NCBI GenBank assembly: GCA_963770835.1
Contig: CAVYRH010000010.1
Location: 128,001 to 192,000 of the forward strand
Source: an uncultured Pseudomonadota bacterium
Lineage (GTDB): Bacteria; Oederibacteriota; Muellerivitia; Muellerivitales; Muellerivitaceae
Reading direction: 5' to 3'
Length of the DNA: 64,000 nt
The translations under genes and the position numbers were made by a program. Below are positions 58,073-64,000 of this stretch, piece after piece; positions within the stretch are counted from its first letter, which is position 1, and each line of letters opens with the position of its first letter. The notes beneath the pieces are model-generated. The model saw only the letters and a program-made list of their open reading frames with translations. It had not been told where the DNA came from and did no database searches.

Positions 58073-58116
58073 GCATTGCGAGAAACCCCGAAATTAAGAG
58101 GGCGACGAAGCAATCC
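58073..58116. repeat. Degenerate REP/RPE-like element (CATTGCGAG...GCGACGAAGCAATCC)
   Basis: Resembles the GTCATTGCGAG..GAAGCAATC class of small palindromic repeats; single copy here. Confidence 0.45.
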
Positions 58117-58273
58117 ATAAAAATTCAAAAATTGCAGTTTTATGGAATATTAATGATTGTCCTTGGCTTTTGGCCAAGGATGGTTGGCCTGGAATAAGGC
58201 CAACTACCGCAGGCATGTCGCCCTTTGGGCTCCTCGTAATTACGGGTGATCGTCCTATTATCGGCGGGGGTGG

Positions 58274-58309
58274 AAAACAAAAAGTGCCTCCTGAATCAGG
58301 AAGCACTTT
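58274..58309 (-). terminator. Intrinsic terminator after the large hypothetical gene
   Basis: Minus strand AAAGTGCTTCCTGA-T-TCAGGAGGCACTTT then TTGTTTT. Confidence 0.8.
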
Positions 58310-58330
58310 GGGACGGCTTGGAGTTTCGGA

Positions 58331-60547
58331 TTAACGGCCGCCGCCGCCGAACACCCGCATGATAGCGAAGTCGGCATTGTCACTGAACATTTTGGAGGCC
58401 ATGGGGTCATATTTGACGGCCGCGCGCACCAGGTCCTTGGCCACGTCGATGTTGTCCTTGGCAAAGGACATGATGGCGGTCTTGGCCTCGCCCGGATCGG
58501 TCTGGGTCACTAGTTTCAGGATGGCCGCGATGTTCTTCTCGATCTTGTCGAACAGCACGTACCGTAGCAGGATCGCTATTCTGCGCTTGCTGATCTTGGG
58601 CGAGGGAGCGATGTTGTTGGCGATGGCGTTGATGAAATCGATGTAGTCGCTGATCGCGTCGTCGCGGCTGGCCTCGTCCTGCATGCTCTGGGTGGCCGCC
58701 AGGGAGAACTTCTTGTCCTGCCCCGTCCACTTCACCTTGGTTTCCTTCTCGATCTTGCCCATGTAGTCGCCCATAAAGGTCCCGGTCCTCACCTCGCCCC
58801 GGTAGTCATAAATGGGGTCCTTGGTGAGGTAAAGGGCGCAAAGGCGCAGCATCTGCACCTCCATCGGGTTGAATGTCACGAAGGCGCCCTTACGGACCGT
58901 TTCGCCGGAGACGAAGGACATGACGAACCGGTCTTCGAAGAAATCCACGAAGTTGCGCAGGGGCTCAATCATGATGGAGGGAATGATGTGTTTTCCCTCC
59001 CAGTCCCGGTTGAAGAGGTTGGTATGGATCTTCAGGATCTTGTCCAGAGCCGCCAGAACGGCAGGGGGGGTGCAGAGGCTGTCCATCGGGTCCCCCTGGT
59101 CGGGGAACTGCTTGGAAAGGAGAACGCGGGCCGCGGAAAAGGGGATCCTCATGGGGGAGGTGTCGGCCGCCCTCACGCAGACGTTGTTGGTGGTGTCGAT
59201 GTCGGTGCGGATCTGCGCGATGACGACTTGTTCGAAAAGGGGGCCGGAAGTGGGGGGGGCCACCGTCGCCAGGCCGGTATCGGCGTTGGCGATTTCCTGT
59301 TGGCACTTGACCACGCTCTGGTATTTCTCCTCCACCTGCTTGCCGTTCTCGGAAATCTTGCCCATGAGGGGCATGATCGGCGTGACCACTTTTGTCAGTT
59401 CCGCGGCGCTTGACCCCATCCTCCCCTCGGAGGCCTTAAGCGCGCCTTTGTCCTGTTCAGTCAGGGTATCTCCCTTGGTCCAGATGACTGCTATGGTCCG
59501 GAGGGTCTCCATGGCGCTTTTGGCGCTCTGTCCGGTGGAGGCATTCAAGGCGGCGATGACCTTGGGTGAGTTAGCATCGATCTGACCGATGGACAGGACG
59601 ACCTCGCCCTTGACCTGGTCCATCTTGCGCTTCCACTCGTCGCGGATCTTCTGGCCGTCCACGGGGGAGGTGCGCATCATCACTTCGGCCTTGGCCATTT
59701 CCTGCTGGCACTTAAGGACCATCTGGTATTTCTCCTCGACCTGCCGGCTGTGCTCGGAGATGATTCCCATTTGGGCCTGCAACTCGTCCAACCACTTGGC
59801 CATGCCCCCGCCCGCCAGGCCGGTCTTGCCCTCGAAGGCCTTGAGGAAGGCTAATTCCTGTTCGGTCACGTTCTCGCCCCGGCCCCAAATGGCGGCCACC
59901 TTCTTGAGGATCTCCATGGCGCTCTTGGCGTTCTTTCCCGCGGCCTCATTGAAAGAGCCGATGAACCTTGAGAAGTTGGACTCCATTTGGCCGATGGATA
60001 TCCCGATCTCGGTCCGCAACTGGTTCATCTTGCGCTTCCACTCGTTCTTGACGTAGCTGTTATCGGAACCGGAGGCATTGCGCAGGTCCCGCTCCCGCTC
60101 CTTGCCCATTTTGAAGGAGACCAACTCGTTGCGGGCGATGGCCATGAACTTGTCGACCACGCAATAAGCGGGGGCGGGGATCGTCTCGGGATTACGGCCC
60201 GAAAATGTTTTTAGGAGGGACGCATAAAAATGGGTCGGCAGTAGCTCAATGGCCTTGGTCTCTTTCTCGGTTTGGACGGTGATCTTGTCCCCGATGGCCC
60301 CGGTGCAAAGGAAGGTGGATTGCTCGGGATTGAGGTTGTTCAAGAGGTTGGAAACGATGTAATCCACGAGTGCGTTGTAGGCGTTGCGCAATTTATCCGA
60401 GCGGGACTTTTCCGCCAGGGCCGAAGTGTCGGCGTCGTTGGCGAAGAAGCGGATAAAGTCCTCGACCTTACCCCGGACTTCGCCATCCACCCCCTTCATG
60501 AGCTGTTCGTAATGGGTGCCGGTGACAGATTGAGTGGCAGTGGACAT
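58331..60547 (-). CDS. Large cytoplasmic hypothetical protein with a 135-aa tandem duplication
   Basis: Long ORF with host-like codon use; GGAGG RBS before ATG 60547; EWKRKM..KSAME..QVEEKYQ..KCQQE occurs twice, 405 nt apart. Confidence 0.85.
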   Translation of the reverse strand: MSTATQSVTGTHYEQLMKGVDGEVRGKVEDFIRFFANDADTSALAEKSRSDKLRNAYNALVDYIVSNLLNNLNPEQSTFLCTGAIGDKITVQTEKETKAIELLPTHFYASLLKTFSGRNPETIPAPAYCVVDKFMAIARNELVSFKMGKERERDLRNASGSDNSYVKNEWKRKMNQLRTEIGISIGQMESNFSRFIGSFNEAAGKNAKSAMEILKKVAAIWGRGENVTEQELAFLKAFEGKTGLAGGGMAKWLDELQAQMGIISEHSRQVEEKYQMVLKCQQEMAKAEVMMRTSPVDGQKIRDEWKRKMDQVKGEVVLSIGQIDANSPKVIAALNASTGQSAKSAMETLRTIAVIWTKGDTLTEQDKGALKASEGRMGSSAAELTKVVTPIMPLMGKISENGKQVEEKYQSVVKCQQEIANADTGLATVAPPTSGPLFEQVVIAQIRTDIDTTNNVCVRAADTSPMRIPFSAARVLLSKQFPDQGDPMDSLCTPPAVLAALDKILKIHTNLFNRDWEGKHIIPSIMIEPLRNFVDFFEDRFVMSFVSGETVRKGAFVTFNPMEVQMLRLCALYLTKDPIYDYRGEVRTGTFMGDYMGKIEKETKVKWTGQDKKFSLAATQSMQDEASRDDAISDYIDFINAIANNIAPSPKISKRRIAILLRYVLFDKIEKNIAAILKLVTQTDPGEAKTAIMSFAKDNIDVAKDLVRAAVKYDPMASKMFSDNADFAIMRVFGGGGR

Positions 60548-60976
60548 AAAAGAAGCCTCCAGGGGCGAAATGGAAAACTTAGGGAGCGCCATTATATATA
60601 AAAAAGGGAATTAAACCAAAGGAGGTTTAAAGTCGCCGCATTGAAACCACGGCTTTAGTCGTGGGTGAAAGACGTCCCAGCCAAAGGCTGGGCAAGCCCG
60701 GGGGGCTCCAACCAGGCCGGGGACGGGAGCGCCCTGAAACTAAAAACAAGGCGCATTTTTTAAGGCCGTTTTACCGTTTAAAGGTTTATGGATGGAGAAT
60801 ACACTCGCAACATTTCGTCATGAGGTAGTTGTACACAGGGGTCTTTCCCTGTGAGTGGCTTTGGAACAAGGGGAACTCCAACGGGGTTTCTACCCTTGTC
60901 AGCCACTTCAGGCTTGTTTTTTATGGGAGCCGTGCTTCAATAGTGATCCCCAATACCCCTTGAGCAAGGAGAGGCG

Positions 60977-61603
60977 ATGAAATTCTATAGCGACAGCTTC
61001 AGCGACGGTTCCCGTATGCGGGAGGAATATGTCTTCCTCAAGCCCCACAACACCCACCAAGCGGAGTTGGCCAGGAACCGCAACCCCCATTTCTCCTGGG
61101 GCGATATGCCGGAGGGCACCAAATCCCTCGTCATCGTCATGCACGACATCGACGCCCCGACCAGCCGCGACTTCGTGAACAAGGCAGGAAAAGTGGTCCC
61201 CTATGAATATCCCCGCACCGAGTTCTACCATTGGGCGATGGTGGACCTGGACACCAAGACCTTCATCCAGACCGGCGAATTCAGCAAGGAGGTCACGGTC
61301 AAGGGCAAGCCCGGCCCGTCCGGCGCCCGCGGCACCCGGCATGCCATTAACGATTTCACTGAATGGTACAAGGGAAACCCGAACATGGAAGGCACTTACT
61401 TCGGCTATGACGGGCCCGCTCCGCCCTGGAACGACGAAAAACTCCACACCTACATCTTCACCCTCTACGCCTTGAGGGAAAAGAGGTGCCCGGTCGAAGG
61501 CAACTTCACCTGCAAGGACGTCTTGAACGCCTTGAGCGGCTTGATTTTGGACAAAGCCACACTCAAGTGCACCTACGCCATCTACTCCAAGGCACGGCCC
61601 TAG
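60977..61603 (+). CDS. YbhB/YbcL (PEBP, Raf kinase inhibitor-like) protein
   Basis: NPHFSW, PEGTKS, HDIDAP, FYHW, GYDGPAPP, HTYIFTLYAL. Confidence 0.92.
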   Translation: MKFYSDSFSDGSRMREEYVFLKPHNTHQAELARNRNPHFSWGDMPEGTKSLVIVMHDIDAPTSRDFVNKAGKVVPYEYPRTEFYHWAMVDLDTKTFIQTGEFSKEVTVKGKPGPSGARGTRHAINDFTEWYKGNPNMEGTYFGYDGPAPPWNDEKLHTYIFTLYALREKRCPVEGNFTCKDVLNALSGLILDKATLKCTYAIYSKARP

Positions 61604-61953
61604 CAGAGGCCCAGCCTACCCTTGTTTTCCTTTCAAAATCGGGCGAAGCCCGAATAAGGAAACAAGGGTCATACCGTTCTCACTGTTTGGGCCAAAGGCC
61701 CAATTTAATTATGAAGAACGGCATAGCAGTGGCGATTTCGAAGGCTCCATCGCCTTGGCTGGGCACAACCAAAGCGCGCCCCCGGTCCTAACGGCGCTCA
61801 CAGGGAGACCCACTGTGTACCCTCAAAACCGAACTGGCCGAGGGGCAGGTGCCTGCTACCGGCCCTCTACCTAGCGGCCCGCGGCCTTGAATTCGTCCTC
61901 GCACAAAGGGCCTGGCATTGCCGCTTGGCGGAATTTTTGAGATTTAGGTTTCA

Positions 61954-62418
61954 TCATTTGAACGTAGAAGGATCAAGCGACCAAAGCCATTTCCAGGTTT
62001 TGCCCTTCCGCTCGAAAGCAACCACACCCCCCGTGGGGAAGGTTATCTCGGCTTCGGGTGAATCGCCCGCCAGCAGGGACGCCAGTTCCCCGATGAAGGG
62101 AAGATGGCTGACCAATACAAGGGAGTTCCCCTTGAAGTCATTGATTTCCCCATAAACCTCCTGGGCATCCCCTTCGGGTTTCAATTCCTTTTTTTCCTCA
62201 ACTTTGGTTCCGTTTTTTCCGACGACCCCCAGGAAGATCTCGGCGGTTTGAACGGCGCGGGTTTTGGGGCTGTGCCAAAGGTTTTGGACCTTGAGGCCTT
62301 TTTTTTTGAAATAGCCGGCCACGCGGGCTACCTCCTCCCGGCCCGTTGAAGTCAGGGAACGGGGCCCGTCGGGGTCCTGCCGCGCGGCTTTGCCGTGGCG
62401 AAGAAGATAAAGCACCAT
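61954..62418 (-). CDS. sixA: Phosphohistidine phosphatase SixA
   Basis: LYLLRHGKA, RSLT..G, SPKTRAVQTA, VSHLP. Confidence 0.9.
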   Translation of the reverse strand: MVLYLLRHGKAARQDPDGPRSLTSTGREEVARVAGYFKKKGLKVQNLWHSPKTRAVQTAEIFLGVVGKNGTKVEEKKELKPEGDAQEVYGEINDFKGNSLVLVSHLPFIGELASLLAGDSPEAEITFPTGGVVAFERKGKTWKWLWSLDPSTFK

Positions 62419-62487
62419 AAGTTCACCTCATTATATAAACCGCTATTCATTATTGATTCGACGGCATAACCGGCTGGCGGTGGCGTC

Positions 62488-63036
62488 CTATTTGCGGTCC
62501 TGGACGCGTGCCTTGAAGCGCCGGTTGAACTCCTCCAAGTGCATCCAGGATTTCCAATCCCTCATACGGTCAATATAGAAGAAGCCGTTCAAGTGGTCCA
62601 CTTCATGTTGCACCACGCGGGCCTCGAAGCCCCGGACGGTCCGCCGGATCCTCAAGCCGCCGGGCGTGGTCGCCTCGAAGGTCACCCAGCGGGAGCGAGG
62701 GACGATACCCCTAAACCCCGGGATGCTCAGGCACCCTTCCCAGCCCTTTACAACGGATTTGGAATATTTCACGATACGGGCGTTCACGTAGGCTTGAAGG
62801 GGAAAGGAAGCCACCTTGGGATAGCGCTTGTTGCCGTGGCATTCCATCACGAAAACACGGCGATTTTGCCCGATTTGGTTGGCCGCCAAGCCGACTCCCT
62901 GGGCCTTTCGCATGGTCAAAGCCATTTGTTTCAGGAAAGCCTGAAACTTTTTATTTTTCAATTGATATAAGCTGACATTCGAAATCTTGCGGCGAAGGAC
63001 CGGGTTTCCGATTTTGACGATAGTAGGTATCTTCAT
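62488..63036 (-). CDS. def: Peptide deformylase
   Basis: GNPVLR, GVGLAANQIG, EGCLS, QHEVDHL; start placed at MKIPT. Confidence 0.95.
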   Translation of the reverse strand: MKIPTIVKIGNPVLRRKISNVSLYQLKNKKFQAFLKQMALTMRKAQGVGLAANQIGQNRRVFVMECHGNKRYPKVASFPLQAYVNARIVKYSKSVVKGWEGCLSIPGFRGIVPRSRWVTFEATTPGGLRIRRTVRGFEARVVQHEVDHLNGFFYIDRMRDWKSWMHLEEFNRRFKARVQDRK

Positions 63037-63135
63037 GAAAGAGCTTTCTTTTTGGTTATCCCTAAGTTTGCGCTTCATTTTTAACCGAAAAACAATAAAC
63101 TGACGGACACTTTTTGTGAAAGGCTCCAACCCGAC

Positions 63136-64000
63136 ATGCCCTCCCAGTTTATTTCATTCCCCAAGGACTTTCTATGGGGCGCCGCCACCAGTTCCTTCCA
63201 GATCGAAGGTCACCCCCTGGCCGACGGGGCCGCCTCCAGCGACTGGTACCGCTTCACGAAGATGCCCGGCCGTATCGACAAGGGCGACAATGCCGACATT
63301 GCCTGTGACCACTACCACCGTTACAAAGAAGACGTGGCCTTGATGAAGGGCTTGGGGCTCAATACCTACCGCTTTTCCATTTCCTGGCCGCGCGTCATGG
63401 CCGGGCGTGGACAGGTCAACGCCAAGGGCCTGGATTTCTACCGACGTCTCCTGGGGGAACTGAACAACGCGGGTATCATCCCCAATGTCACCCTGTTCCA
63501 CTGGGAAGTTCCGGACTGGGCCGAGGGCAACTGGGAAAACCGCGAGACCGCCTACGCCTTCCGCGAATACGCCGAGGTCGTTTTCAAGGCCCTCGGCAAG
63601 GAAGCCCCTTTCTGGAGCACCATGAACGAACCCATCTGCGTGGCCGAACTGGGCCGCCTCTTTGGACACTTCCCCCCGGGGATCAGCGACCGCAAATCCT
63701 ACGGCCTTGTGGCCCACCACCTCAACCTGGCCCACGGCCTGGCGGTGCAAACCTTCCGACAGATGAACCTGCCGGGCGAGATCGGCTGGGTCCACGCGCT
63801 CCACCAAATGGTGCCTGTCTCCCAGGACGAAAAAGATCTCGAGCACGCCAAGTGGATGCAGGACATCCAACACGGCGTCTACCTCGCCCCCGCCGCGGGC
63901 CGGGGCTACCCGAAAGTCTTCTTCGAGTACGCCGGGAAACCGGAGGGCTACCGGGACGAAGACCTCAAAACCATCGCCCAGCCCATCGACTTCCTGGGCG
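63136..64000 (+). CDS. GH1 beta-glucosidase, 3'-truncated by window edge (absent from ORF track)
   Basis: Hand translation: MPSQFISFPKDFLWGAATSSFQIEG, ACDHYHRYKEDV, YRFSISWPR, TLFHW, TMNEP. Confidence 0.93.
   Translation, partial: MPSQFISFPKDFLWGAATSSFQIEGHPLADGAASSDWYRFTKMPGRIDKGDNADIACDHYHRYKEDVALMKGLGLNTYRFSISWPRVMAGRGQVNAKGLDFYRRLLGELNNAGIIPNVTLFHWEVPDWAEGNWENRETAYAFREYAEVVFKALGKEAPFWSTMNEPICVAELGRLFGHFPPGISDRKSYGLVAHHLNLAHGLAVQTFRQMNLPGEIGWVHALHQMVPVSQDEKDLEHAKWMQDIQHGVYLAPAAGRGYPKVFFEYAGKPEGYRDEDLKTIAQPIDFLG

Noticed and set aside
61620..61930. 6S, SRP, tmRNA or c-di-GMP riboswitch in the ybhB-sixA spacer
   Set aside because: Several hairpins, but no diagnostic motif recognised; needs cmscan
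63172..63873. 233-aa minus-strand ORF
   Set aside because: Antisense to the GH1 glucosidase that starts at 63136

Overview
Core bacterial chromosome segment from an apparently diderm lineage (it encodes a probable outer-membrane barrel); the taxon cannot be fixed from sequence alone. It opens inside a dcw cluster (murF'-mraY-murD-ftsW-murG-murC-murB-ddl-ftsQ-ftsA-ftsZ) that contains two unexplained small ORFs and continues into a polysaccharide deacetylase, an amidase and pgeF. Next come a LacI regulator, an OGG1-like glycosylase, an NtrC-like regulator with a degenerate ATPase, HU, two tandem GT-C-like paralogues plus an O-antigen-ligase/TPR gene, rel, ridA, guaB-(ABM)-guaA, vapBC and dnaE. 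An accessory patch at about 41.7-47.6 kb holds a zinc-finger/CPBP/TPR protein, a probable beta-barrel, a frameshifted ParB-like gene and gene remnants. The rest contains PilZ, GGDEF and orn genes, an aminopropyltransferase plus a doubly frameshifted decarboxylase, galE, a 738-aa protein with a 135-aa internal duplication, a YbhB-family gene, sixA, def and a partial GH1 glucosidase. No rRNA, tRNA, CRISPR array or intact transposase was seen. Best leads: (1) an orphan ParB-like CTPase with a predicted C-terminal membrane anchor and a perfect 21-bp palindrome inside its own gene; (2) a switch-like structured leader upstream of guaB; (3) a polyamine locus whose decarboxylase is broken by two +1 shifts and is followed by a PilZ gene; (4) a diverged inverted pair of structured elements around the ybhB-family gene. 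All calls come from motif recognition by eye; no database searches were run.
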